Shown here: positions 54,530 through 63,789 of the stretch, in pieces | Layout of the letters: each line of letters starts with the position of its first letter | Numbering within the stretch: position 1 is the first letter of the stretch | Assembly: GCA_964592485.1 (NCBI GenBank) | Contig: CAZQEY010000003.1 | Location: 12,218 to 76,217, forward strand | Direction of reading: 5' to 3' | DNA from: an uncultured Planctomycetales bacterium | Lineage (GTDB): Bacteria > Omnitrophota > Gorgyraeia > Gygaellales > JAHJCI01 | Length of the DNA: 64,000 nucleotides | Notes under the pieces: model-generated | Database searches by the model: none | The model's input: only the letters and a program-made list of their open reading frames with translations | What the model was told of the DNA's origin: nothing | Program-made: the position numbers and the translations under genes

Positions 54530-54963
54530 TGTCTATACTGGATGAGATCAAGCAGAGATTGAAGGATAAAATAAGCGATTGGTATGAGCATAATCAGCGC
54601 AGGATATATTTCAGCGCGGATAAGAAGGATATCAGGCAGGTAGCCAGCGTTCTGTTCAAAGACTTGGGGTTAAGGTATGTCATCGCCAGTGGCATAGATA
54701 CCCCTAAAGGTTTTGAGATATTATATCATTTCAGTTTTGATAAAACCGGTCAAATAATATCTGTGCGCGTGCTTATTGAGGACAAGCAGAATCCAGAGAT
54801 TGATTCCTTAGCAGTTATATCTCCTGCCTTTGAATGGATTGAGCGGGAGATGTGGGAGATGCTGGGGATTAAATTTAGCGGCCATCCCAATCTGAAACGC
54901 TTGTTATTGGCTGAGGACTGGCCGGAGGGAGATTATCCATTGAGGTGTAAGCGTGAGCCATAA
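54529..54963 (+). CDS. NuoC-family subunit (MbhK-like, 30 kDa subunit homolog)
   Basis: Size 144 aa, position between NuoB-like and NuoD-like genes, ERExWEMxGIxF motif. Confidence 0.7.
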   Translation: MSILDEIKQRLKDKISDWYEHNQRRIYFSADKKDIRQVASVLFKDLGLRYVIASGIDTPKGFEILYHFSFDKTGQIISVRVLIEDKQNPEIDSLAVISPAFEWIEREMWEMLGIKFSGHPNLKRLLLAEDWPEGDYPLRCKREP

Positions 54964-56137
54964 GGTTGTAATTCCCATAGGTCCGTATCATCCCCTTCAA
55001 GAAGAGCCGGAGTTCTTCCAGCTGTTTGTAGAAGGGGAAAAGGTGGTTGATATTGATATTACTATTGGTTATAACCACCGGGGAATCGAGAAAATATGCG
55101 AGTCAAAGCATTTTGACCAGGTTCCCTTTGTAGTGGAGCGCATCTGTGGAATCTGCTCAACCTCTCATCCCTTTGCCTGTGTTAATGCTATAGAGGACTT
55201 AGCAAAGATTAAGGTGCCAGAGAGGGCACTTTATATCCGCACGATTATTGCTGAGATGGAAAGGATACACAGTCATCTTTTATGGCTTGGTTTAGCCGGA
55301 CACTTTATTGGTTACAATACTGTGTGGATGTGGGCTTGGAGGTATCGCGAACCATTGCTTGATTGCTTTGAGATGATTTCAGGTAATAGAAATCATTATG
55401 CAATGATGAAGGCAGGAGGGGTGAGGAGGGATATTCAGAATGAACATATACCCAAGCTAAAAAAGATGCTGGATGAGATGAATCGGGCTCTGGATATGTT
55501 CAAGGGAGCGGTAATGGATGACCCGGTGATTCATTCGCGCCTAAAAGGAATTGGTATTTTAACTCACAAACAGGCAATTGACTGGTCGGTAGTCGGACCA
55601 ACTGCGCGAGCCTCAGGAGTGAATATTGATGTGCGTCGTGACGACCCCTATGGTGCATACGATAAAGTTGACTGGAATGTAATTGTCCTGAAAGAAGGAG
55701 ATGTTTTTGCCAAGACAGTGGTGCGCATATTGGAGATGTATGAGTCAATCCGGATTATTCGTCAGTGTCTGGATAGGATGCCCAAAGGCGAGATTGATGC
55801 TAATGTAAAGGACATACCGCCTGGGGAAGGGATTGGTCGTGCTGAGGCACCGCGGGGAGAAGTGTTTCACTATGTCAGAAGCGATGGCACAAACCGTCCG
55901 ATAAGGTACAAGGTACGTGCCCCCAGTTATATGAACGTTGCCTCTAATAAGATTGCTGCTGTAGGGGCAACGATTTCTGATGCCACAATCACCCTTGCGG
56001 CGGTTGATCCCTGTTATTGTTGCACAGAAAGGGTAGCGGTAATACAAAAGCCTTCTAATAAAAAGATATTAAACGGTTGGGATTTGATTAAGCTTTCTCA
56101 GGAGAAGACCAGGAGGTTGCGGGGAGATAATGGATAA
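54953..56137 (+). CDS. Group 4 [NiFe]-hydrogenase large (catalytic) subunit, NuoD family (MbhL/EchE-like)
   Basis: N-terminal L1 motif RICGICSTSH and C-terminal L2 motif DPCYCCTER (Ni-Fe ligand cysteine pairs); GTG start with GAGGTG SD. Confidence 0.85.
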   Translation: MSHKVVIPIGPYHPLQEEPEFFQLFVEGEKVVDIDITIGYNHRGIEKICESKHFDQVPFVVERICGICSTSHPFACVNAIEDLAKIKVPERALYIRTIIAEMERIHSHLLWLGLAGHFIGYNTVWMWAWRYREPLLDCFEMISGNRNHYAMMKAGGVRRDIQNEHIPKLKKMLDEMNRALDMFKGAVMDDPVIHSRLKGIGILTHKQAIDWSVVGPTARASGVNIDVRRDDPYGAYDKVDWNVIVLKEGDVFAKTVVRILEMYESIRIIRQCLDRMPKGEIDANVKDIPPGEGIGRAEAPRGEVFHYVRSDGTNRPIRYKVRAPSYMNVASNKIAAVGATISDATITLAAVDPCYCCTERVAVIQKPSNKKILNGWDLIKLSQEKTRRLRGDNG

Positions 56138-56747
56138 GCTCGTTTCCATAAGAGAGCAGATAAACCAGATGGCAGAGCTTGCCCACTCAATGCTGGTCAA
56201 TACATTTGAGGGTTTTATAAAGCATGATTTGGATATATTGGGCGGAGTAATCCAGCAGGAGCATAAGCTTAATGATATGGAGAGGTCGTTGAGCTTTGCT
56301 TTGGTAGAGGTTTCCAAGGAAAAATCCAAGGCAGCCGACAAAAGATATATTAGCCTTCTGGCAGAGATAGTCGCTGATTTAGAAGAGATCGGCGATTACG
56401 TCAAGGATATGATTGAGAGGATTGAAATAAAGATAAAAGAGAAATTATTGTTCAGCGAAGAGGCGCTTTCGGAATATAGGCACCTGTATGATGTTGTCCA
56501 GACCGCTTTATCCGATGCCCTGAAATCATTAAAAATGAACGATAAGAACTTTTCCAGAAGGCTGCTGGGCGATGAACAGCATATTGAACGCCTGTTGACC
56601 AGATACAGGGACGCACATACAAAAAGACTTATTGCCGGGGTTTGCGACCCGCGCACAGGGAATATGTTCTTGAATATTTTAGATTTTACTACTCAGGTCT
56701 TTCATCACACAAAAAGCATTGCTGATAATATCCTGGATTTACAATGA
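56130..56747 (+). CDS. PhoU-like domain protein embedded in hydrogenase operon
   Basis: Two-repeat helical bundle with EEIGDYVKDMIERIE resembling PhoU LERIGDHAxNIAE motif; 205 aa. Confidence 0.4.
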   Translation: MDKLVSIREQINQMAELAHSMLVNTFEGFIKHDLDILGGVIQQEHKLNDMERSLSFALVEVSKEKSKAADKRYISLLAEIVADLEEIGDYVKDMIERIEIKIKEKLLFSEEALSEYRHLYDVVQTALSDALKSLKMNDKNFSRRLLGDEQHIERLLTRYRDAHTKRLIAGVCDPRTGNMFLNILDFTTQVFHHTKSIADNILDLQ

Positions 56748-58423
56748 GTGCAAATTTATCTTCACTATTTAAGCTTGATTATCTAAACAGCTTCGTTGTT
56801 CTGGCAATATTTGTTTTCTCTGTTTTGGTTATAATTTATTCTCTAAGATTTATGAGGGGGAAGTCTGGTCTGTTTCAATATTATCTTTGGATAATTTTAA
56901 CTGCGCTTGCCTCAATAGGTACGGTATTAGCGAATAATCTAATCCTGCTTTTGGTCTTCTGGGGTTTTCTTGGTCTTAGCTTATACTTACTTATCAATAT
57001 GGGTGATAAAGATAGCAATCAGGTGGCCAAGAAGACCTTTATTATTATCGGCGGCTCAGATTGTTTAATGCTTCTGGGGATTGCAATTATCTATCATTTA
57101 ACCGGTACATTTCAGATGGATAAGGTTCATCTGGCGGTTAGTGGCTCAGGGTTGACAGTATTGGCTTTTTTATGCTTAGCCATAGCCTGCTTTGCCAAGG
57201 CAGGGGCAATGCCGTTTCATTCCTGGGTTCCTGATTGCGCTGAGTCAGCACCCCTTCCAGTAGTAGCATTCCTACCCGCCTCTTTAGATAAACTTTTAGG
57301 AATCTATCTATTGGCGCGCGTCTGTTTAAATCTATTCGTGATGAATCAGGCAATGAATATATTACTGATGTTGATTGGTGCCTTTACTATTGTGGCAGCA
57401 GTAATGATGGCTTTGGTGCAGCATAATCTTAAAAGATTATTGGGGTATCACGCTGTATCTCAGGTGGGCTATATGGTTTTGGGCATTGGTACAGGTATAC
57501 CTATTGGCATTGCCGGCGGGATATTTCATATGCTCAACAACACTATATATAAATCTTGTTTATTTTTAAGCGGCGGTAATGTTGAGAGTAAGACAAATGC
57601 ATCTGAACTTAACCAACTTGGCGGCTTAGCCAAGATAATGCCGGTTACTTATCTATCCTGTTTGATTGCCAGTCTTTCTATATCAGGAGTTCCTCCATTT
57701 AATGGTTTTGTTTCCAAATGGATGGTTTATCAAGGGTTGATTTCTAAACTACAGGTTACAAGTTACGGGTTAAAAATTACAAGTATTTTATGTCTTGTGG
57801 CAGCAATGATTGGTTCAGCCCTGACCTTAGCCAGCTTTATGAAGTTAATTCATGCTACATTCCTTGGTCAGCGCAAAAATACAGTGGTATCAGAACGTCG
57901 CAGCGAAGTTTCTTGGACAATGTGGCTTCCCTGTCTGATATTGGCAGGCATCTGTGTGCTATTCGGCGTCTTTGCTTACCAGATTCCCTTAAGGCATTTC
58001 ATTCTTCCCTCCCTAATCCCTAACTACTATCTACAACCTACTGAATTTTTAGGCTTCTGGTCTCCTGGTTTAGCCACCATGTTGATAATTGTCGGACTAA
58101 TATTGGGTCTAATTATATTTAAATTAAGTAAGTTAAAATTGTCAATTCGTGAGGATGCACCCTTTATTGGCGGCGAGACAGCAGTATTGGAGCAAAGTAG
58201 GGTTTCCGGAACAGAGTTTTACAATACAGTAAAAGAAATAAATATCCTGAGCAAAATCTATAAGCTTGCTGAAGGCAAATTCTTTGATATATATGACCAA
58301 GGCCAAAGAATGGTCTTTGGGCTGACAGGTATTTTACGTAATCTGCATAATGGAGTCCTGCCCACATATATGGTCTGGTGTCTTCTGGGAATGATGGTGA
58401 TGTTTTTTCTAATAAGCAGATAA
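56744..58423 (+). CDS. Proton/sodium-translocating antiporter-like subunit, NuoL/MrpA/MbhH family
   Basis: 559 aa, ~16 TM; FHMLNNTIYKSCLFLSGG, conserved antiporter motifs. Confidence 0.8.
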   Translation: MSANLSSLFKLDYLNSFVVLAIFVFSVLVIIYSLRFMRGKSGLFQYYLWIILTALASIGTVLANNLILLLVFWGFLGLSLYLLINMGDKDSNQVAKKTFIIIGGSDCLMLLGIAIIYHLTGTFQMDKVHLAVSGSGLTVLAFLCLAIACFAKAGAMPFHSWVPDCAESAPLPVVAFLPASLDKLLGIYLLARVCLNLFVMNQAMNILLMLIGAFTIVAAVMMALVQHNLKRLLGYHAVSQVGYMVLGIGTGIPIGIAGGIFHMLNNTIYKSCLFLSGGNVESKTNASELNQLGGLAKIMPVTYLSCLIASLSISGVPPFNGFVSKWMVYQGLISKLQVTSYGLKITSILCLVAAMIGSALTLASFMKLIHATFLGQRKNTVVSERRSEVSWTMWLPCLILAGICVLFGVFAYQIPLRHFILPSLIPNYYLQPTEFLGFWSPGLATMLIIVGLILGLIIFKLSKLKLSIREDAPFIGGETAVLEQSRVSGTEFYNTVKEINILSKIYKLAEGKFFDIYDQGQRMVFGLTGILRNLHNGVLPTYMVWCLLGMMVMFFLISR

Positions 58424-58489
58424 CTTACGGAGCTCTGAAAGAGCGACGTAAGTTATAGCCCCTAGATATACTCAGGGCGTCTGCGAATT

Positions 58490-58555
58490 AGACCCCGCAC
58501 CTTTCTACTGCGTAGAGACACTTCGTAGCAAAAAGGTGCGGGGTAAGTTCGACCG
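58490..58555 (+). repeat. REP-like element copy 5 (ACCCCGCACCTTTCT...AAAAAGGTGCGGGGTAA) plus adjacent AAACTTACG...CGTAAGTTT hairpin
   Basis: Read directly in 177-nt gap inside the mbh/mrp operon. Confidence 0.55.
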
Positions 58556-58600
58556 ACAAACTTACGTTCACTTAGTTCCGTAAGTTTGGGTCTCACTTAG

Positions 58601-59122
58601 ATGATAGAACTGCATTTATTGTTATTATTTATGATTGTTGCTGCGATAATTGCCGTTGAGGTTAAGGATTTGATATCCAGTGTCGTGGCAGTGGGAGCAG
58701 TTGGTCTGGGGCTTTCCTTGGCATTTCTAATCTTGAAGGCACCTGACCTAGCAATCACCCAGTTGGTAGTAGAGATACTCTGCCTGATTATTCTTATCCG
58801 TGCCACCATAAAAAGGGATATACCTTTGATAAGGGATGGGCGCTGGCATTTTAACACAATTTCTACATTAGTGTTTATTGCTGTATTTTTAAGTCTTGCG
58901 TATATTGCCTTGAAGGATTTACCAGTATTTGGTCAGCCTCTGCTTAGGGTGGCAAGAAATTATCTAAAAGACGGCCTAGCTAAAACCGGCGCTACAAATC
59001 TTGTCTCATCAGTAATCTTAGATTTCCGCGCCTATGATACCTTGGGTGAGGCAACGGTATTATTCACTGCGGTAATGGGCGTCTTGGTAGTAATGCGCAA
59101 AATAGGAAGGAAAAAGGAATAG
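58601..59122 (+). CDS. Mrp antiporter subunit B-like, N-terminal part (DUF4040-like)
   Basis: 173 aa, 4-5 TM, typical position and composition. Confidence 0.6.
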   Translation: MIELHLLLLFMIVAAIIAVEVKDLISSVVAVGAVGLGLSLAFLILKAPDLAITQLVVEILCLIILIRATIKRDIPLIRDGRWHFNTISTLVFIAVFLSLAYIALKDLPVFGQPLLRVARNYLKDGLAKTGATNLVSSVILDFRAYDTLGEATVLFTAVMGVLVVMRKIGRKKE

Positions 59123-59566
59123 ATGAAGGGTAAGCAATCCGGGATGACATTAATTGTTAAGACAATCACGCGACTGACTGTAGGATTAATATTACTCTAT
59201 GGAATCTACATTGTCTTACACGGACATCTTTCTCCTGGCGGAGGATTCCCTGGTGGCGTAATTATTGCCTTATCCTTTATCCATCTGATGCTTGCCTTTG
59301 GCAAGGATACTGCTTTGCAGAGATTGAACCAGGTACGCGCCTCATTTTTTGAGAGCCTGGGGGCAATAATGTTTTTATCAATCGCTATTCTCGGTTTCAC
59401 GGGAGGGTATTTTTTCTGGAATTTCTTAATCAAGGGCGAACCCTTTAATCTCTTCAGTGCCGGAACAATACCCTTATATAATATTGCCATATGCTTTAAG
59501 GTAGGAGCAGGGTTATTCCTTATCTTTGTGGCTTTAGTGGTTTTAAATAATCAGGAAGAGAAATGA
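59123..59566 (+). CDS. Mrp antiporter subunit B-like (MnhB domain)
   Basis: HGHLSPGGGFPGGVI signature of MnhB. Confidence 0.7.
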   Translation: MKGKQSGMTLIVKTITRLTVGLILLYGIYIVLHGHLSPGGGFPGGVIIALSFIHLMLAFGKDTALQRLNQVRASFFESLGAIMFLSIAILGFTGGYFFWNFLIKGEPFNLFSAGTIPLYNIAICFKVGAGLFLIFVALVVLNNQEEK

Positions 59567-59616
59567 TGCTTCAACTTTGCTCAGCATCATGGTGAGCGAG
59601 TGAAGCGAGTCGAACT

Positions 59617-59955
59617 ATGAGTATATATTTTCTGTGTTTAGTACTTTTCTGCATCGGCCTTTACTGCATATTAAGAAAGAGAAACCTGATTAAGATTATC
59701 ATTGGTTTAGGTATTATCGAGTATGCGGTAAATCTATTTTTTATCTTACTCGGTTACCAAATGCATGGTCGTGCACCGATATTATCTAAGAGTGAGGAAG
59801 TCCTAAATATGGTTGATCCCTTGGTCCAGGCTCTGGTGCTTACTGCTATTGTCATTGGTCTGGCAACCACAGCTTTAATTGTCTCTATTGCCATAAGAAT
59901 CTATGATAAATACGGGACTTTTGATATTACCAAGATTAGGAAGCTTAAAGGATAA
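59617..59955 (+). CDS. Mrp subunit C / NuoK-like (MbhG-like)
   Basis: 112 aa, 3 TM, NuoK-like pattern. Confidence 0.65.
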   Translation: MSIYFLCLVLFCIGLYCILRKRNLIKIIIGLGIIEYAVNLFFILLGYQMHGRAPILSKSEEVLNMVDPLVQALVLTAIVIGLATTALIVSIAIRIYDKYGTFDITKIRKLKG

Positions 59956-60024
59956 GTGTTAAGGTATTGGGGGTGTTAAGGTGTTGGAGGTGCGCCTCTG
60001 TCCTTAATACCTTAAAACCTAAAA

Positions 60025-61515
60025 ATGTTACCTTTATTTATAATCATTCCCTTAGCAGCGGCATTTATCATTTCGCTGATTGGCAGGCTGTACCGGCGTG
60101 CAGGAGATATCCTTGTTAATTTAGCGAGCCTAGCACTCTTAGTATTATCTTTTCTTGCCCTCCTAACCCTAAACTCCCAACCCTCAGCTGTATTGGTCTA
60201 CAAAGTAGGTAGCTGGATTCCCCCTATCGGAATCTGTATGGTTTTAGATGGCCTTACCGCATTTATGTTAGTGACTCTGAATCTTGTCTCTTTTCTTGTA
60301 ACTATTTATTCCGTAAGTTATATGAATAAATATACCGCCAAATATAGATTCTATACCTTGTTTATGCTGATGCTTGCCGGTATGAACGGCGTAATTATTA
60401 CCGGCGATATGTTTAATCTGTTTGTTTTTCTGGAGATTTCTGCCATTGCCAGTTATGCTCTGGTTGCCTTTGGCACAGAAGCCGAAGAATTAGAAGCCTC
60501 GTTTAAATATGCAATCATGGGTTCAGTTGCCTCCTGCTTTATTCTTTTAGGCATTGCCCTTCTATATAGTTACACCTCATCCTTAAACATGGCAGATATT
60601 GCCTCGGTTTTAGCAACCAAGAGGCCTTCTAATATCATTACCTTTATCAGCGTTTTATTTTTAATGGGCTTTGGCTTAAAGGCAGCGCTGGTGCCTTTTC
60701 ACGCCTGGCTCCCTGATGCGCATCCCTCTGCGCCCGCACCGATTTCAGCAATGCTCTCAGGAGTACTTATAAAGGTATTAGGCATCTATGCGCTGAGCAG
60801 GGTCTTCTTTAATGTATTAGGAGTTTCTTCCACGCTGCTTTTTATTTTGATAATCTTGGGTATTATTTCTATGAGCGTAGGCGCTTTCTTGGCAATTGGG
60901 CAGAGGGACATTAAGAGAATGCTTGCTTATTCAAGCATCAGTCAGATTGGTTATGTCATTTTTGCTGTTGGTATCGGAACACCCTTAGCAATGTTGGGAG
61001 GATTATTCCATTTGTTCAATCACGCTATATTTAAGTCTCTGCTATTCTTGAATTCAGGAGCAGTGGAGTATTCTACCCATACGAGGGATTTACAGCAGAT
61101 GGGTGGATTGAATAGACGCCTGCCAGTTACCGGCAACACCAGCCTCATTGGTTCAATGTCAATATCCGGCATTCCCCCGCTTAGCGGATTCTGGAGTAAA
61201 TTAATAATCATTATTGCTGCAGTTCAGGCAAGATATATCGGCACTGCGGTTATTGCCGTATTAATAAGTGTATTAACCCTGGCTTACTATCTGAAACTGC
61301 AAAGGTATGCCTTCTTTGGTGAATTGAATAACAAGTGGGAGAGGATAAAAGAGGTACCACTTTTCATGAAGCTATCGATGATTATCTTATCAGTCTTGTG
61401 TATAATTGCGGGACTGGTTTTAATTCCTTCTCTGCAGGGATTTATCAATCAGGCAGTAGATGTTTTATTAAGCGGAAGAGATTATGCTGGTATTGTTTTG
61501 GGAGCAGTGCAATGA
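60025..61515 (+). CDS. Mrp subunit D / NuoN-M-like antiporter subunit
   Basis: 496 aa, 14 TM, FHAWLPDAHPSAPAPISA conserved antiporter motif. Confidence 0.8.
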   Translation: MLPLFIIIPLAAAFIISLIGRLYRRAGDILVNLASLALLVLSFLALLTLNSQPSAVLVYKVGSWIPPIGICMVLDGLTAFMLVTLNLVSFLVTIYSVSYMNKYTAKYRFYTLFMLMLAGMNGVIITGDMFNLFVFLEISAIASYALVAFGTEAEELEASFKYAIMGSVASCFILLGIALLYSYTSSLNMADIASVLATKRPSNIITFISVLFLMGFGLKAALVPFHAWLPDAHPSAPAPISAMLSGVLIKVLGIYALSRVFFNVLGVSSTLLFILIILGIISMSVGAFLAIGQRDIKRMLAYSSISQIGYVIFAVGIGTPLAMLGGLFHLFNHAIFKSLLFLNSGAVEYSTHTRDLQQMGGLNRRLPVTGNTSLIGSMSISGIPPLSGFWSKLIIIIAAVQARYIGTAVIAVLISVLTLAYYLKLQRYAFFGELNNKWERIKEVPLFMKLSMIILSVLCIIAGLVLIPSLQGFINQAVDVLLSGRDYAGIVLGAVQ

Positions 61516-62009
61516 ATAAAAGTAGGATAATTTTGTTCTTACTTGGTCTGTTAATCTGGTTAGGTTTATGTTGGCCTGTTGACTGGCAGCATCTGGTGAT
61601 AGGTATTTTTGTAGCTGGATTTGTTTCATTTATGACCGGAGATTTGTTTGTAAAAAGGCCGCATGTATTTAAGCACGCCAGCCGCTATCTCTGGTTTATT
61701 CTGTACCTGCCCTTTTTCATCTGGGAGTGTTTTAAGGCAAACATTGATGTAGCCTATAGAGTCATCCACCCAAATCGGCCTATTAATCCGGGGATTGTTA
61801 AAGTGAAAACTTCTCTTAAGTCTGATGCTGCGCTTACATTTCTGGCTAATTCAATTACTTTAACACCCGGCACATTAAGTGTTGATATAGATGAAGAGGC
61901 AGGATTCTTATATATTCACTGGATTAATGTAGAGGATAAGGATATAGACAAGGCAAGCAAACTTATTGTACAGAGATTTGAGCCAATACTGAGGAGAATC
62001 TTTGAGTGA
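61512..62009 (+). CDS. Mrp subunit E-like
   Basis: ATGA overlap with upstream stop; 165 aa with 2 N-terminal TM helices; typical mrpE position. Confidence 0.6.
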   Translation: MNKSRIILFLLGLLIWLGLCWPVDWQHLVIGIFVAGFVSFMTGDLFVKRPHVFKHASRYLWFILYLPFFIWECFKANIDVAYRVIHPNRPINPGIVKVKTSLKSDAALTFLANSITLTPGTLSVDIDEEAGFLYIHWINVEDKDIDKASKLIVQRFEPILRRIFE

Positions 62010-62016
62010 TTTTGTT

Positions 62017-62376
62017 ATGAGACAGATACGCTGGATACTCGGACTTATAGTTGTTATTGCTATTCTATGGATAGTTATGTTATATCCTCTTACTTCTCTC
62101 TTAGAATGGCAGTCCCCTTTTTTAGGCAGGTGCTTTAATATTCTTATGCTTTGTGGCCTGTTTTGCCTCTGGCGTATTTTAAGGGGGCCTACCGCGGCAG
62201 ACCGGATTGTCGCTATTGATATTTTGGGTATTTTGATTTTAGGCTTTTGTGCAATATTAGGCATCCCTACAGGCAGAGAATGGTATATTGATATTGGTAT
62301 TGCCTGGGCACTGCAGAGTTTCATCTCCACCTTAGCCTTGGCAAAATATCTGGAGGGTAGAAACTTCGATGAATGA
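62017..62376 (+). CDS. Mrp subunit F-like (alternative TTG start at 62002)
   Basis: Small 3-TM protein between mrpE-like and mrpG-like. Confidence 0.55.
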   Translation: MRQIRWILGLIVVIAILWIVMLYPLTSLLEWQSPFLGRCFNILMLCGLFCLWRILRGPTAADRIVAIDILGILILGFCAILGIPTGREWYIDIGIAWALQSFISTLALAKYLEGRNFDE

Positions 62377-62695
62377 GTTATTTGCATATATCTTTATAGC
62401 CATCGGCTTGAGTTTCGATTTCTTTGGCTGTCTGGGCTTAATTAGATTACCCGATGTGTATAATCGACTGCAGGCAGCAACTAAATGCGTTACTCTGGGG
62501 ACCTGTAGTATTCTGTTTGGTTTGCTTCTATTTAAGGGATTTTCTGCTGCAGGTATAAAGGCAATTCTTTGTATAATGTTTATTATCTTAACCTCACCAG
62601 TTGCAGCCCATGCGCTGGCCCGCGGCGCACACAAATCGGGTGTTAAGCTTTGGGAAAACAGTGTGTGCGACAAATATGAGGAAGACAATAAATGA
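62369..62695 (+). CDS. Mrp subunit G-like
   Basis: MNELFAYIFIAIGLSFDFFGCLGLIRLPDVYNRLQAATKCVTLGT strongly resembles MnhG N-terminus; SD GGAGGGTAG. Confidence 0.75.
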   Translation: MNELFAYIFIAIGLSFDFFGCLGLIRLPDVYNRLQAATKCVTLGTCSILFGLLLFKGFSAAGIKAILCIMFIILTSPVAAHALARGAHKSGVKLWENSVCDKYEEDNK

Positions 62696-63327
62696 GGTAT
62701 CCAAAATTAAGAGAACTGAAAGAGGCGATTAGGGCATTCATCAAAGGCCCCTATACTACCAAATTCCCACGTGAGCCCCACGTTCCTTTTGAGGCATTCC
62801 GGGGAAAACCCGAATTTCACAAGGAAGATTGTATTGGTTGTGGAGCATGCGTGCAGGTCTGCCCTAGCGGCGCATTGAGCTTTAAGGATACAGGGGATAA
62901 AAGGATTTTGCAGATACGTTGGGATATTTGCATATTCTGTGGGCAATGTCAGGCAAATTGCCCCACTGAAAAAGGGATAGTCCTTTCTAAAGAATTTGAC
63001 CTTGCCACAACTGAGAAGCGAGAGGAGTTAAGGCAGGAGATTGACAAAGAATTGGTGTTCTGCCAATGCTGTGGTGAGATAATTGCTCCTTATGACCAGA
63101 TACTCTGGGTAGCAAAAAAATTAGGTCCATTGACCTACTCTAATCCCTCCCTGATGCTCTTTTATCTTAAGAGCCAGAAACTTTCTTCTGAGGAATCAGC
63201 CGTCTCGCCTTTGGCGGGGGGTACCGCCGGAGGTGACAGGGCCAAGCCAGAGGAGGAATTTTTACGTGCTGACCGAATAAAGATTCTCTGCCCTCGTTGT
63301 AGACGCGAGGCAGTGATTAAGTCATAA
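62692..63327 (+). CDS. NuoI-family 2x[4Fe-4S] ferredoxin subunit of hydrogenase (MbhN/EchF-like)
   Basis: CIGCGACVQVCP and CIFCGQCQANCP. Confidence 0.8.
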   Translation: MRYPKLRELKEAIRAFIKGPYTTKFPREPHVPFEAFRGKPEFHKEDCIGCGACVQVCPSGALSFKDTGDKRILQIRWDICIFCGQCQANCPTEKGIVLSKEFDLATTEKREELRQEIDKELVFCQCCGEIIAPYDQILWVAKKLGPLTYSNPSLMLFYLKSQKLSSEESAVSPLAGGTAGGDRAKPEEEFLRADRIKILCPRCRREAVIKS

Positions 63328-63359
63328 TCTAAACAACATAATATGGTATAATATATACT

Positions 63360-63707
63360 ATGAGCGGCAGACGAATCATCCTTTGTTTTCTGCTTATTTT
63401 TTCTTTTCTTATTGGTTGTAGTAGAAAACAAGAGAGTCTCGAACAAGATTCAGAATCTTCATCTGTTGAGCTCACTCTACCTCAAATACCAAAGCTCGCC
63501 GGACCATATAAACCAACAAACAAGGATATCCAGATTGCTTTGCAGAATGCTGGATTCTATAAAGGTGATATTGATGGCAATATCGGATTTTTGACCAGAA
63601 AGGCAATTCGAGAATTTCAGGCAGAAAACAATTTAGTTGTTGACGGCAAGGTTGGACCAAAGACTTGGTCAGTATTGAGTAAATACCTGTTGGACTCAAA
63701 GGAGTAG
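63360..63707 (+). CDS. Lipoprotein with peptidoglycan-binding domain (PG_binding_1)
   Basis: Lipobox LIGCS; GDIDGNIGFLTRKAIREFQAENNLVVDGKVGPKTWSVL matches PG-binding repeat; extended -10 TGGTATAAT at ~63344-63352. Confidence 0.7.
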   Translation: MSGRRIILCFLLIFSFLIGCSRKQESLEQDSESSSVELTLPQIPKLAGPYKPTNKDIQIALQNAGFYKGDIDGNIGFLTRKAIREFQAENNLVVDGKVGPKTWSVLSKYLLDSKE

Positions 63708-63772
63708 CCAGGGAAGAGTAGCCAGGGAAGAGTAGCCAGGGATGAGGTAATCCTAATCCCTGGCTACTAATC
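63708..63772 (+). terminator. Three tandem 14-nt repeats (AGTAGCCAGGGAAG) ending in a 12-bp stem-loop AGTAGCCAGGGA-N14-TCCCTGGCTACT
   Basis: Read directly; repeat 1 overlaps the stop codon of the PG-binding gene; terminator-like but lacks T-run. Confidence 0.35.
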
Positions 63773-63789
63773 AGTCAAGGAATTTAATT

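Noticed and set aside
61908-62688. Minus-strand ORFs 61908-62387 (159 aa) and 62332-62688 (118 aa)
   Set aside because: They lie antisense to well-supported mrpE/F/G-like membrane-protein genes. There is no SD, and the composition is implausible.
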